Shown: piece by piece, positions 48,193 to 58,033 of the stretch
How positions within the stretch are numbered: position 1 is the first letter of the stretch
How the letters are laid out: each line of letters opens with the position of its first letter
NCBI GenBank assembly: GCA_013415865.1
Contig: CP058896.1
Location: forward strand, 700,921 to 764,920
Length of the DNA: 64,000 nt
DNA from: Methanomassiliicoccales archaeon
GTDB lineage: Archaea; Thermoplasmatota; Thermoplasmata; Methanomassiliicoccales; UBA472
Direction of reading: 5' to 3'
Made by a program: the position numbers and the translations under genes
The notes under the pieces: generated by a model
Seen by the model: the letters and a program-made list of their open reading frames with translations, nothing else
What the model was told of the DNA's origin: nothing
The model's database searches: none

Positions 48193-49479
48193 ATGGATAT
48201 CTCTAACAAGGGACCGATAGGGCGTTTGACATCGAAAGATACGAAGCAGACCGATGACAGAGGTTTTTCAGATCAAAGTTTGAACGGGCTTCGAGATTAT
48301 CCCCTAGGCTCAGTGCGATATGTGGCCACCAGACCGCCCGGGCTTAGCTATCAGATGGGCGGATGCGGTATCGCTGCATTGATCTCCCTGGATGGAAGGC
48401 CCGTCGCGGGAGACAAGATACGCTCCATGCTCACCATCATGGAGGAGAGAGAGAACGGGCTTGGGGCCGGTTATGCCTGCTATGGTCTGTTCCCGAAGAA
48501 CAGGGAGGACTATTGTATGCAGTTCTTCTTCGACGATGAGGATGCCAAAGCGAAGGTTGAATCTCTCCTCGGTGAGCACATGTCCATAATGAGGGACGAG
48601 AAGGTCTTCACCAGGAAGGTCAAGACACTGAGACCTCCCTATCCTATTGTCTGGCGATACTTCTGCCAGCCCAGGAGGTCTAAGGAGGCCGTGGGCGGAA
48701 TGGACCCTGGGGAGGAGGACCATGTCGTGAACCTCGTCATGCATATCAATGATCAGGTCGACGGTGCCATGTGCATCTCGAGCGGAAAGGACATGGCGGT
48801 GTTCAAGGGGAACGGGTACTCCTATGAGATAGCGGAATTCTATGACCTCCCTAGGTATAGTGGTACCCTATGGACATCCCATTCCAGGTTCCCAACTAAC
48901 TCGCCAGCATGGTGGGCTGGCGCCCATCCTCTGTCTTTGATAGATTGGAGCGTCTGCCATAACGGTGAGATCACATCTTATGGCGTGAACAGGAAAATGG
49001 TCGAGATGGCGGGATATAGATGCACGGTTATGACCGACACCGAGGTCGTTGTCTACATGTGGGACCTTTTGGTGAGGAGACATAAGCTCCCAATATCGGC
49101 CGCGGCCTTCGCCATGGCCCCGTGGACCTATAAGGAGATAGAGCTAATGGACCCAGAGAGCAGAAGGTTGGCGATGTGGCTCAGGTTCACGTACAGGGAG
49201 GCGTTCCTGAACGGCCCGTTCAGCATACTCGTCGCCAGAGGTCAACCGGTCCCCACGCTGATCGCTCTAGCGGACAGAAAGAAATTGCGTCCCTTGCTCG
49301 TCGGGCAGTCTGAAGATAATAGACTTGCTTATTGCGCCAGCGAGGAGTGCGCCATAAGGATGGTCGATGAGACCGCCAGAACATGGCAGACCAACGCTGG
49401 GAGCCCATTTGTGGCCCAGGTCGGCAAAGGCATTCTGAGGGACGGCAGCGAGCATCCTTTCAAGGTGGTGAGGGAATGA
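48193..49479 (+). CDS. Glutamate synthase glutamine amidotransferase domain (GltB1-like)
   Basis: GGCGIA, HSRFPTN, HNGEI, TDTE and NGPF; start uncertain. Confidence 0.85.
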   Translation: MDISNKGPIGRLTSKDTKQTDDRGFSDQSLNGLRDYPLGSVRYVATRPPGLSYQMGGCGIAALISLDGRPVAGDKIRSMLTIMEERENGLGAGYACYGLFPKNREDYCMQFFFDDEDAKAKVESLLGEHMSIMRDEKVFTRKVKTLRPPYPIVWRYFCQPRRSKEAVGGMDPGEEDHVVNLVMHINDQVDGAMCISSGKDMAVFKGNGYSYEIAEFYDLPRYSGTLWTSHSRFPTNSPAWWAGAHPLSLIDWSVCHNGEITSYGVNRKMVEMAGYRCTVMTDTEVVVYMWDLLVRRHKLPISAAAFAMAPWTYKEIELMDPESRRLAMWLRFTYREAFLNGPFSILVARGQPVPTLIALADRKKLRPLLVGQSEDNRLAYCASEECAIRMVDETARTWQTNAGSPFVAQVGKGILRDGSEHPFKVVRE

Positions 49480-51008
49480 GCCAGACCGGACCAAAGAAGA
49501 TAGATATAAAAATGCCAGAAAGGTTCGTACCGGTCATAAACTACAACACCTGCCGCGTCTGTAAAAGATGTGTCAATGAATGCTCATATCAGGCTTTGGA
49601 CTTTAAGGACGGAAAGGTGGTGCCGGCCGGTGGGTGCGTCGCATGTGGAAGATGCATCTCTGTCTGCCCAGCCAGTTCCATGGAGATAAGGACCGTGCCC
49701 AGCCAGTTCCCGCCTCATGGCAATTGGACCGAGAGGATCAGGCGAGGCATCTATGCTCAGGCAGGGAGCGGAGGGGTGCTACTCTCTTCCTGCGGGACCG
49801 ATGGGGATCATCCTGTCATTTTCGATGACCTTCTCTTGGACGCGGCCCAGGTCACCAACCCCTCTATCGACCCATTGAGGGAGCCGGTGGAGACGGTAAC
49901 GCTGCTCGGAGGGAGACCTGGCAAGGTCGATGTCTCAGAGAACGGGGTGATGCGCCTTGAGGGCGGTGAAAAGCCCATCGTTGTGATGGACATGCCTTTG
50001 ATGATCGGGCATATTTCACTAGGTTCGGTCTCATATAACACTCAGAAGTCATTCTTTATGGCGGCAAAGGAGCTCAATATCATAGCTGGAAGCGGGGAGG
50101 GCGGTCTGCATCCAGACTTCTATCAATATGCCGACCACATCTGCACCGAGATCGCCTCTGGAAGGTTCGGTATCAATCCTGAATATCTGAAGAAGGCCGC
50201 CGCGGTGGAGATCAAGATAGGGCAGGGGGCGAAGCCGGGTCATGGCGGTCACCTTCCTGGCGAGAAGGTGACACCGCTCATATCTCAGACAAGGATGATA
50301 CCCCTGGGCACGGATGCACTGTCGCCTTACCCTCACCACGACATCTACAGCATCGAGGACCTGGCACAATTGATATCGGTGACGAAGGAGGCGGTGGAGT
50401 ACAATAAGCCAGTGGGTGTTAAGATCGCTGCCGTCCATAACGTCGCCGCCATCGCGTCAGGGGTCGTTAGGGCAGGTGCGGATTTCATCACTATAGACGG
50501 TTTCAAGGGAGGGACCGGCTCATCGATGAGGGTCATCAGGGACCATGCAGGTCTGCCCATCGAGGTGGCCGTGGCGGTCGTCGATAAAAGGCTCACGGAC
50601 GAAGGGCTCAGGAACAGGGTCACCGTGTGCGCTGGAGGGGGTGTCCGCTGCAGCGCCGACATGATCAAGGTCCTCGCCCTCGGAGCGGACGTGGCCATGG
50701 TCTCGACCGCCCCGATGGTCGCTCTGGGATGCAGGGTATGCCAACAGTGCCACCGAGGTCTCTGCTCCTGGGGCATAGCGACCCAGAGGGAGGACCTTAT
50801 GCAGCGCCTTGACCCTGAGGTAGGGGCACAGAGGGTCGTTCGACTGTTCAGTGCCTGGAACGAGGAGCTGAAAGAGGTCATGGGTGCCATGGGGATCGAT
50901 TCCGTAGAAAGCCTGGTCGGTAACCGTGACAGGCTGAGATACCAAGGGCCGAACCCTAAGATAGCGGAGATCATGGGCGTCAAACATATCGGTGAGGGGT
51001 GGGGCTGA
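49476..51008 (+). CDS. Glutamate synthase FMN domain with ferredoxin (GltB2-like)
   Basis: 2x[4Fe-4S], EIKIGQGAKPG.GG.LPG.KV, HHDIYSIEDL and CRVCQQC..G.C. Confidence 0.92.
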   Translation: MSQTGPKKIDIKMPERFVPVINYNTCRVCKRCVNECSYQALDFKDGKVVPAGGCVACGRCISVCPASSMEIRTVPSQFPPHGNWTERIRRGIYAQAGSGGVLLSSCGTDGDHPVIFDDLLLDAAQVTNPSIDPLREPVETVTLLGGRPGKVDVSENGVMRLEGGEKPIVVMDMPLMIGHISLGSVSYNTQKSFFMAAKELNIIAGSGEGGLHPDFYQYADHICTEIASGRFGINPEYLKKAAAVEIKIGQGAKPGHGGHLPGEKVTPLISQTRMIPLGTDALSPYPHHDIYSIEDLAQLISVTKEAVEYNKPVGVKIAAVHNVAAIASGVVRAGADFITIDGFKGGTGSSMRVIRDHAGLPIEVAVAVVDKRLTDEGLRNRVTVCAGGGVRCSADMIKVLALGADVAMVSTAPMVALGCRVCQQCHRGLCSWGIATQREDLMQRLDPEVGAQRVVRLFSAWNEELKEVMGAMGIDSVESLVGNRDRLRYQGPNPKIAEIMGVKHIGEGWG

Positions 51009-51811
51009 TGGGGCTGAGGAGGAGACCTTTGTCCGATCTCATAACATCCTGCAACGGCGTGTCGATCATAAATGCCAACAGGAACGGGAGACCAGTGCAC
51101 TTCAGGGAGCTCAATGCAGCCATCAGGGAGGCGATGGAGCTTGGGTCAAAGCGCATTGTGATAGAGAATGTCACAGGGCAGAGGTACATCGCCGCCACAG
51201 CCTCAAAGAAGGACCTTTATATTGAGGTCCACGGGACCCCTGGTAATGATCTTGGGGCGTTCCTGGACGGACCGACCATCGAGGTCTTCGGCAATGCCCA
51301 GGACATGATGGGTAATACCATGAACTCCGGGAAGATCATCGTGCATGGTAATGCCTGGGATGTGACCGGCCTATCCGCAAGAGGAGGGAAGATGTTCATC
51401 CAGGGAAGCTCAGGCTACCGCGTCGGCATACATATGAAGGAGTATGGTGAGACGAGGCCATATCTTGTCATCGGCGGGACCGCCAAGGACCACCTTGGCG
51501 AGTACATGGCCGGCGGTACCATACTGGTCCTGGGGATCGGTTCCGGTGCTGGGTCGCCGGTGGGCCTCAACATTGCCTCTGGCATTCATGGAGGTCGCAT
51601 CTTCGTGAGGGGAAAGGTCTCCGAGGAACAGCTCGGGGCCGGCGCGATGATCGCTGAGATCAAGGATGAGGAAAGGAAGGAGGTCGAGGACCTTGTCAAA
51701 GAGTTCAGGACCTACTTCAAGGTGGAGGTCGGGGATCTGGAAGAGATGACAATGATAGTCCCCGCATCGTCAAGACCGTTTTCCGGTAAATACGACAAGA
51801 CGAACATCTGA
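51008..51811 (+). CDS. Glutamate synthase GXGXG domain (GltB3-like)
   Basis: GQRYI, GTPGNDLGAF and GEYMAGG. Confidence 0.88.
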   Translation: MGLRRRPLSDLITSCNGVSIINANRNGRPVHFRELNAAIREAMELGSKRIVIENVTGQRYIAATASKKDLYIEVHGTPGNDLGAFLDGPTIEVFGNAQDMMGNTMNSGKIIVHGNAWDVTGLSARGGKMFIQGSSGYRVGIHMKEYGETRPYLVIGGTAKDHLGEYMAGGTILVLGIGSGAGSPVGLNIASGIHGGRIFVRGKVSEEQLGAGAMIAEIKDEERKEVEDLVKEFRTYFKVEVGDLEEMTMIVPASSRPFSGKYDKTNI

Positions 51812-51813
51812 GG

Positions 51814-52257
51814 TCAGAAGGACGCCTGTCCCTGGACGGATTCGAGGACTATTCGTAGCTCCACATCGCACAGCCCCATAGGTACGAGATGTTGGAAGAC
51901 CGTCTCCTCAAGGGCCCTGTTGTCCACCGCATTGACCCTTATCAGCACCCTCCTGGGACCGCTTACCTGGAGGAGCTCCTTGACACCCGTCACCTGCTTC
52001 ATCTTCCTAAGGTCCTCGACCCCTTTGCCCTCTTTGAGCTTCGCCAACACTATGGCGTCAGCCTTAATGCCCATCCGCTCGTTGTTGACCACTGCAAAAT
52101 ATCCTAGTATGACCTTGTCATCCTCAAGACGCCTTATCCTGTCACGTACAGTCGAGGGGGAGCGGCGAAGCTTCTTCGCTATATCATTATAGGTCATCTT
52201 CCCATCGGCCGCCAGCAACCGTAGGATCCTTTTGTTCATCGGATCGACGTTGACCAT
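51814..52257 (-). CDS. Lrp/AsnC family regulator
   Basis: ILRLL..DG..TY..IA...SPSTVRDRIRRLE. Confidence 0.9.
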   Translation of the reverse strand: MVNVDPMNKRILRLLAADGKMTYNDIAKKLRRSPSTVRDRIRRLEDDKVILGYFAVVNNERMGIKADAIVLAKLKEGKGVEDLRKMKQVTGVKELLQVSGPRRVLIRVNAVDNRALEETVFQHLVPMGLCDVELRIVLESVQGQASF

Positions 52258-52384
52258 TGTGGCCTCCCCTATCTTTACTCCGCCAAGAGCGCATTTCGAA
52301 ATATTAACGGAAAATCTATAATAAATTGACGTTTTTAGCGACGTGATCGCTGTTCATTCTATACTGGCAATTAACGTAACGCCG

Positions 52385-53470
52385 TTATTTCCTGAAGTGG
52401 TCCGGCCTTTCAGGGTCCGGCCGTATCGCCGAGTCCAAGTATGAGCGTACCGTCGCGCCGATAGATATTGACGCGTCCTTGAGCGCCCTCTCCATCACCG
52501 TTTTTATCTCCACCGGAGGGGCCATTACCCTGGCATTGAGTATGACCGAAAAGCGGCCCTCAGCATATCGGCCTCCCTTTATGCCATCCACCTGGACCGA
52601 GTCTGCGACCAAGCTCATCTTCAATGATGCCGAAGGAGATGTCATCACCAGTTTGACATGACCGGTCCTGTCCCCCCCGAATGTCTCCCCCACCTTTTGC
52701 ATTATCCTCATGGAAAGGTCATATAGGTCAAGCCGGCCGGCCTCGAGCTCTGCTGTGCCCGAATACCATCCCATCGACGCCTTCTCAGTGGCAAAGAGCC
52801 TGTTGTCCACGCCCAGTGCGGCCTTCGATGAGGTCTCATTTGATAATACGACCTCGGCCAGCTCTCGGATGCCTGTACCCATCCTCGCACTGGCGGACAA
52901 TATCTTCGCTCCCGGAACCTCCTTACCGATCTTTTCCGCGGCAAGGGCAAGGGTGTCACTGTCGACCATGTCTGTCTTTGTCAGGACCACGACCTCGGCC
53001 TCATGCACCTGGTGCGAAGGGATGATCCTGCCCCCTCCGAGCCCGAACGTCTGGGCCCGGGCAAGGACATCAAAGGCCCGGGAGCTGTCCACCACTATGA
53101 ACAGGGGGGCGACCTCGAACTCCTCAGGATACATCTCCCTGAGGGGCACGACCACCGAGGAGAGGATGTTGGTCGAGGTCCCGATGGGCTCTGCGATGAT
53201 GATGTCGGGCCTCTCCATATTGACCAGGCTTCTCGCGCTCTTGATGAAATCATCGAAGTGGGAGCAGAAGCATCCCCCGAGGACCTCCCTGACATCGACG
53301 CCTGCATTCTTCATGTAGGCCGTATCGACAAGAGCGTTCCCTTGGTCATTAGTGATCACAGCGACGCTCTTACCATGCTTCGATCTGAGCTCTCTTGCCA
53401 ATGCTGCGGCCAAGGTCGTCTTTCCAGCACCGAGGTATCCGCCCAATATGAGGAAGCGTGTTCTTTGCAT
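52385..53470 (-). CDS. CobW/COG0523-like G3E GTPase
   Basis: GGYLGAGKTT, TNDQG, GGCFCS, EPIG and TKTD. Confidence 0.85.
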   Translation of the reverse strand: MQRTRFLILGGYLGAGKTTLAAALARELRSKHGKSVAVITNDQGNALVDTAYMKNAGVDVREVLGGCFCSHFDDFIKSARSLVNMERPDIIIAEPIGTSTNILSSVVVPLREMYPEEFEVAPLFIVVDSSRAFDVLARAQTFGLGGGRIIPSHQVHEAEVVVLTKTDMVDSDTLALAAEKIGKEVPGAKILSASARMGTGIRELAEVVLSNETSSKAALGVDNRLFATEKASMGWYSGTAELEAGRLDLYDLSMRIMQKVGETFGGDRTGHVKLVMTSPSASLKMSLVADSVQVDGIKGGRYAEGRFSVILNARVMAPPVEIKTVMERALKDASISIGATVRSYLDSAIRPDPERPDHFRK

Positions 53471-53528
53471 CAGAGCACTCCGGACAGAGCGTAAACCCCG
53501 TTAATAGATAAAAATGATCGCCTGCTCC

Positions 53529-54146
53529 CTACCGGACCTCGATGAATCTCTTGGTGAGCGCGCAATGGTCGCAAGGGATCTCGACAGAACATGTCGAACC
53601 TCCGGGTATACCTCTGAAGGCACAAATGATGGCCATGTCCAGGAGCCTGAAGGGAGGTTTCCTTCCATTGGACATCAACAAGGCCATCTCCGTCTCAGAC
53701 AAAGAGGTGGAGCAGCAACCTCCCTGGACACCGTAGGAGACGCATCTCCTGGCCTCATGCGGTGTGCACACATCGCATCTGACCCCTACCTTGTGCAATG
53801 GACCGAAAAGGTTCGCGAGCGGGTCCACCAGGAAAATGGCGTTGTCCTTGCCCAGAGATATGAAGACTGTGTCCGGATAGGTCGGCTCTATGAGCTCCAT
53901 CCTGGTCCCCCGCACCTTCTGCTCCTCTTTGACCAACCAGAAATCCTTCAGGTGGTTATTCAGCTGATAGACCAGCTGGTGATATCCGACCCGGAGATGG
54001 TCTGCCAGCTGCTGCTTCGTGATGGGACCGCTCCTCGTCATGACATAAAGTGCTTTCAGGATGTCCTTCCGCATCGCGTGGTTGACGATCGAGGTATAGG
54101 TCTCAGGGTCGATGTATTGGATCTCTATACGGCAATTGCTAGGCAC
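53529..54146 (-). CDS. Winged-HTH regulator with Cys-rich C-terminal domain
   Basis: RKDILKAL..ITKQQLA..YQL HTH; C-terminal CDVC..C..CC..C..C..CDHC. Confidence 0.7.
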   Translation of the reverse strand: MPSNCRIEIQYIDPETYTSIVNHAMRKDILKALYVMTRSGPITKQQLADHLRVGYHQLVYQLNNHLKDFWLVKEEQKVRGTRMELIEPTYPDTVFISLGKDNAIFLVDPLANLFGPLHKVGVRCDVCTPHEARRCVSYGVQGGCCSTSLSETEMALLMSNGRKPPFRLLDMAIICAFRGIPGGSTCSVEIPCDHCALTKRFIEVR

Positions 54147-54213
54147 TGACCTATAACACTTTTAAATCAAATATTTAATTTTCGCTCAGATCGGTAAGAC
54201 CGGGAATACATGT

Positions 54214-55287
54214 TTAGCCGGACATCCGGTGGGTCGGATTTGGCCTGGACGGTGAAAAACAATCATCATTGAAGCCCTCCATAGCTATGCCCATCTGTTG
54301 CATGCTCCTCTGCACTGCCCACCTCATCACTTCCCGTAGCTTCTCTGGTGAGGAGACGATGCGGGCGTTGACCGTCATGACCACGTCCCCCTCTGCATAG
54401 CGAGAGCCTTTTACAACATCGACCGTGATGTTGTTCAGGACAGTGCTCATCTTCACAACGTTCCTAGGGGATTCTATCAGCACCTTGGCGTGGGCTATGT
54501 CCTCAGTGCTGTATTTCTCCACGACCCCGTGCATGATCCTGGTCGCAAGATCATATGAGTCCACCTTCTCGGTCGCTGAGAATCGGTACGTGCCATTGTA
54601 CCATCCAAGTTCCGCCTCTGCCTGTGCATATACATCATAATCGATGTCGACCGGGGACTTGTTGCTCACCCTGTCCGAAAGTATGACCGATATCACCTTG
54701 TCCAGCCCTTTCCCCGTGATGGCAGAGTATGTGATGATCTCGGCCTTTGGGTTTATCTCATTTATGACATACTTGAGCTCTTCCAGCTCTTCGGCCGTTA
54801 TCTTGTCCACCTTGGAAAGGACGACATGCTCGGCCTCCATTATCTGGTGCCTGCGCAGGTAATCCCCTATCCTCTGGACGTCGAATCCCTTGGACATCAC
54901 GCGTTCTGAGTCCACCATTATGATCAATGGGGCGACCGTGAACTCTCTAGGGTATAGCACTTTCAACGGTGCCACCACTGTTGCCAACAGGTCCGTGCAT
55001 GAGCCGACCGGCTCGGCCAATATGACCTCAGGACCATGCTTCCCGACAAGGTTCCTGGCTGAGACCATGAAATCAGGGAACCTGCAGCAGAAGCATCCTC
55101 TGAGCACCTCGGCGGTCTCGATGCCCATCGCGCTGCTGTATCTTGTATCGACCAAAGCCTCTCCCTGGTCGTTCGTGATTATGGCGACGTTGCTGCCTTT
55201 TTCCACCAGCGCCTTCGCGATCTTGTTTATGATGGTGGTCTTTCCTGCTCCCAAAAATCCTCCGATGATCGCGATCCTGGTGGCCAT
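54214..55287 (-). CDS. CobW/COG0523-like G3E GTPase (paralog 2)
   Basis: GGFLGAGKTT, GCFCC, EPVGSCTD and SKVD. Confidence 0.88.
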   Translation of the reverse strand: MATRIAIIGGFLGAGKTTIINKIAKALVEKGSNVAIITNDQGEALVDTRYSSAMGIETAEVLRGCFCCRFPDFMVSARNLVGKHGPEVILAEPVGSCTDLLATVVAPLKVLYPREFTVAPLIIMVDSERVMSKGFDVQRIGDYLRRHQIMEAEHVVLSKVDKITAEELEELKYVINEINPKAEIITYSAITGKGLDKVISVILSDRVSNKSPVDIDYDVYAQAEAELGWYNGTYRFSATEKVDSYDLATRIMHGVVEKYSTEDIAHAKVLIESPRNVVKMSTVLNNITVDVVKGSRYAEGDVVMTVNARIVSSPEKLREVMRWAVQRSMQQMGIAMEGFNDDCFSPSRPNPTHRMSG

Positions 55288-55376
55288 CTTATAACACCGT
55301 TACCTGGCTGAAACCGATTGTTAGGATAAATGTTTTACCCATGGCTCAAATATTATAATTGCGAAAGTAGAGATGA

Positions 55377-55434
55377 TCAGAGGGCCTGAGCATGTCAGAT
55401 GTCGGGGGACCTCATCTGACATGGCAGACCCTGA
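55377..55434. repeat. Inverted repeat/hairpin CATGTCAGATG-N11-CATCTGACATG
   Basis: Perfect 11-bp arms at 55391-55401 and 55413-55423, with an imperfect outer extension. Confidence 0.7.
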
Positions 55435-55809
55435 CAGGACCATGACCACCTTTCATCTGTACTTGCATCTGTCCCGCTTCAAAGACCCATCGGTCCAACA
55501 CAATGCCTTTTTCATCGGATCAATACGTAAATATGCCCCTTGATTTTGAGATGGGTTGCGTTCAGAGAAGCGTCGGGCTTCTTGGTTTTCTCTCGAGACC
55601 GTCATCATACCTTCATGATCACATCATCGGCCTGCTAGGCTTTCCAACAGCATGGTTGGAGGGGGGTTGAGCGGGGGTCTCATGAATTGACGGGAGCCAT
55701 ATTATCGGGCGTTGGGCGTTCCCGATGACTTCCTACAAGCTCATGGACCATATCGGACCCTTATGTCATCGTAGATAGTTTGAATAGGAAGGTGGTGGAG
55801 TTGTTCATC

Positions 55810-56337
55810 ATGGTCGAGCGGGCGCACTATGAGATACTTGGTAGGATCGGTGAGCTTGAGGTCAGAAGATATCCTGAGCTTGTGACCGCCAAGGTCTTCG
55901 GGATGAGCGAGAATGTTGCCTTCTCCCTTCTGTTCGATTACATCTCTGGCAACAACAGATCGAGGGCAAAGGTCGAGATGGTCTCACCGGTCCATTCGGA
56001 GGTGACGGGCATGAGGGTGCCCATGACGGCGCCGGTGGTCGACGAGGATGGGGGTATGGCCTTCATCCTTCAGGCCGGCATAACTATAGAGAGCGCACCT
56101 CGACCGCTAGATGAAAGGGTCAAGCTTCTCAAGGTCCCCTCACGGACCTTGGCCGTATTAAGGTTCAAGGGCGTCGCAGACCAAAGGAGGGTGGACGAGA
56201 TGACCGGAAAGATGTTGGGGGACCTTGCAAAGGCCAACATTGTGATCAAAGGGCGCCCCATCCTTATGCGCTATGACCCTCCTTTCAAACCTGGTTTTCT
56301 CAGGAGGAACGAGGTCGCGGTCGAGATCGGATGGTGA
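55810..56337 (+). CDS. SOUL heme-binding family protein
   Basis: EVRRYP, AF.LLFDYISG.N, MTAPV and YDPP...RRNEV. Confidence 0.85.
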   Translation: MVERAHYEILGRIGELEVRRYPELVTAKVFGMSENVAFSLLFDYISGNNRSRAKVEMVSPVHSEVTGMRVPMTAPVVDEDGGMAFILQAGITIESAPRPLDERVKLLKVPSRTLAVLRFKGVADQRRVDEMTGKMLGDLAKANIVIKGRPILMRYDPPFKPGFLRRNEVAVEIGW

Positions 56338-56344
56338 TTTGCCT

Positions 56345-56890
56345 TCACTCGAAACCTATCTCTTTGAACCTTGAGATGGCCCACTCAGCACCTTTTCTGA
56401 CAAGCTGGCTTTCGTCGTTTAGTAGCGTTTTGAGAAGGGCCAAGGAATCGTTCCTGCCTACGCCCACCCTCTCGGCGAACCTTCCCAATGCCCACGCTGC
56501 CATGGCCCTTACCTCGGCGGTCTCGTCCTTCAAAAGGAATGTCAGATAATATGGTGTGCATAGCTCACAGACCTCGAACCCTGCCATCTCTCCCAATGCC
56601 CAGGCGGCGTTCTCCCGCACCTCGGGGTCCTTGTCCCTCAACAGCTCATGCAAGATAGGTATTGAAGACCCGTCCCCGACCTTCTTGAGCGCGTGCTTCC
56701 CTAAGATGAGAAGGGCCTCTTTCTTGATCTCCTGGTCCTCGCTCATCAAAAGGTCGTTCAACGGCCCGATGGAGGAGATGTCCATGCGCCCGTCCTTGAC
56801 CACCGATGAGAGCGCGGCCAGGGCCCTCAAGATCGTCTCCCTGTCCCCTGACCTGAGGTCTTGGTTGATCGTTCCGATTTCCGGGTCCAT
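56345..56890 (-). CDS. HEAT-repeat protein
   Basis: Repeated LL.D....VR..AAWALG. Confidence 0.85.
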   Translation of the reverse strand: MDPEIGTINQDLRSGDRETILRALAALSSVVKDGRMDISSIGPLNDLLMSEDQEIKKEALLILGKHALKKVGDGSSIPILHELLRDKDPEVRENAAWALGEMAGFEVCELCTPYYLTFLLKDETAEVRAMAAWALGRFAERVGVGRNDSLALLKTLLNDESQLVRKGAEWAISRFKEIGFE

Positions 56891-56943
56891 GGTCTGATCC
56901 TCTTGAGGTAAATCCCCTCCAGGAGATTAAGTTATGCAGTGGA

Positions 56944-57645
56944 TCATGGGGACTTTGTCACGAGCATGGCAGGCAGTGCGTTCCTAAGAAGGCGGTACTC
57001 TGCTTTCCTCAGGTGCTCGGCGAGGGTAGACCTTGATAGGCCGACCTTGGCCGCCAGCTCATCGGCAGTGATTCTGGCGGGTTGGTCGAAATACCCCTCA
57101 TCGTATGCTAGCCTGAGGAGGTCCAACTGCCTCTTTGTTATGTCCTGATGAAGGGAGCTCGCCGGTATGAGGGAGCCGTTGCAGAGGTCGTTTATCTCCT
57201 TCTCTCTGATGGACAATAGCTCTATCTTGATCCCCTTTTCCTTCGCCGCCCTCACCAATCTCTCTATGTCTGATTTTTTCAGAGCATATACTGTGAAATG
57301 TTCCCATCCCCTCTCCAGCACAACAGGCTGGAGATACCAGCAGTCAGAGCGTGTGATGATCTCGTTGATGCTCTCTTTCTTGGGCGTGTTCAGTTCATAC
57401 ATTATCTCTAACCGGGCCCCCTGTCTGGCCTTCTTGATGTTCTTGGAACAGAACCCCAGTTCCCTTTCAAAATCCTCTATGTCCTCCACATCCTTCGATT
57501 CGACCAGCATGACACAGCTGACCTCGTTGCACCAATAGTTGATACGGCAATCGGGGTGCTGTGCGGTGAATATATGGAAAGAGGAACCTTCATCGACCTT
57601 GATCCTTGCCTCGATGTTCGACGTCATACCAATCACACAGCGCAT
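56944..57645 (-). CDS. Bat-like HTH-10 transcriptional regulator
   Basis: T.RQ...L..AY..GYFD.P.......LA..G.S.ST..EHLRKAE. Confidence 0.85.
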   Translation of the reverse strand: MRCVIGMTSNIEARIKVDEGSSFHIFTAQHPDCRINYWCNEVSCVMLVESKDVEDIEDFERELGFCSKNIKKARQGARLEIMYELNTPKKESINEIITRSDCWYLQPVVLERGWEHFTVYALKKSDIERLVRAAKEKGIKIELLSIREKEINDLCNGSLIPASSLHQDITKRQLDLLRLAYDEGYFDQPARITADELAAKVGLSRSTLAEHLRKAEYRLLRNALPAMLVTKSP

Positions 57646-57663
57646 TAGCGTTCAAAATATATA

Positions 57664-57684
57664 TTACCGCCCTAAGGCGGGTAA
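57664..57684. promoter_or_regulatory. Near-palindrome TTACCGCCCTAAGGCGGGTAA upstream of the HTH-10 gene
   Basis: Imperfect inverted repeat 19 bp upstream of the start codon. Confidence 0.4.
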
Positions 57685-58033
57685 AACACAAAGCTCCAAG
57701 ATGTGATAGTGTTAATTGAGACAGATGATACCTTATGTGGCGGGGAACGCACACTATCGACCTATCAGGACCTCGGAGCTGCGATCATACCTTCGTCAGG
57801 AGGGCCTTGGCTATTCAGATGTGGTAGGAACACACCAAAGCAATAATCCACCGGACCGGGTGATGAGGGGTCCCTTGAAGAAAAGAGAGGTGATGCCGTC
57901 GATCGAATGAGCGATGCCAGGTCATCAATTGGCGAAATATTTTTTTTATTTTTTATCTTAATTTATTAATTATATACTATAAAATTAACCGCTCATAAGG
58001 CTTGGCCTGAAAGACCGCGGGGCGAACATAAGG

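Noticed and set aside
12794-54146. Pyrrolysine readthrough at TAG-ending genes (CMD, mvhD, DUF2797-like, B12-rSAM, nob1, Cys-rich HTH)
   Set aside because: The proteins already appear full length at the TAG, and the readthroughs I checked give short or unrecognisable extensions with no in-frame fusion.
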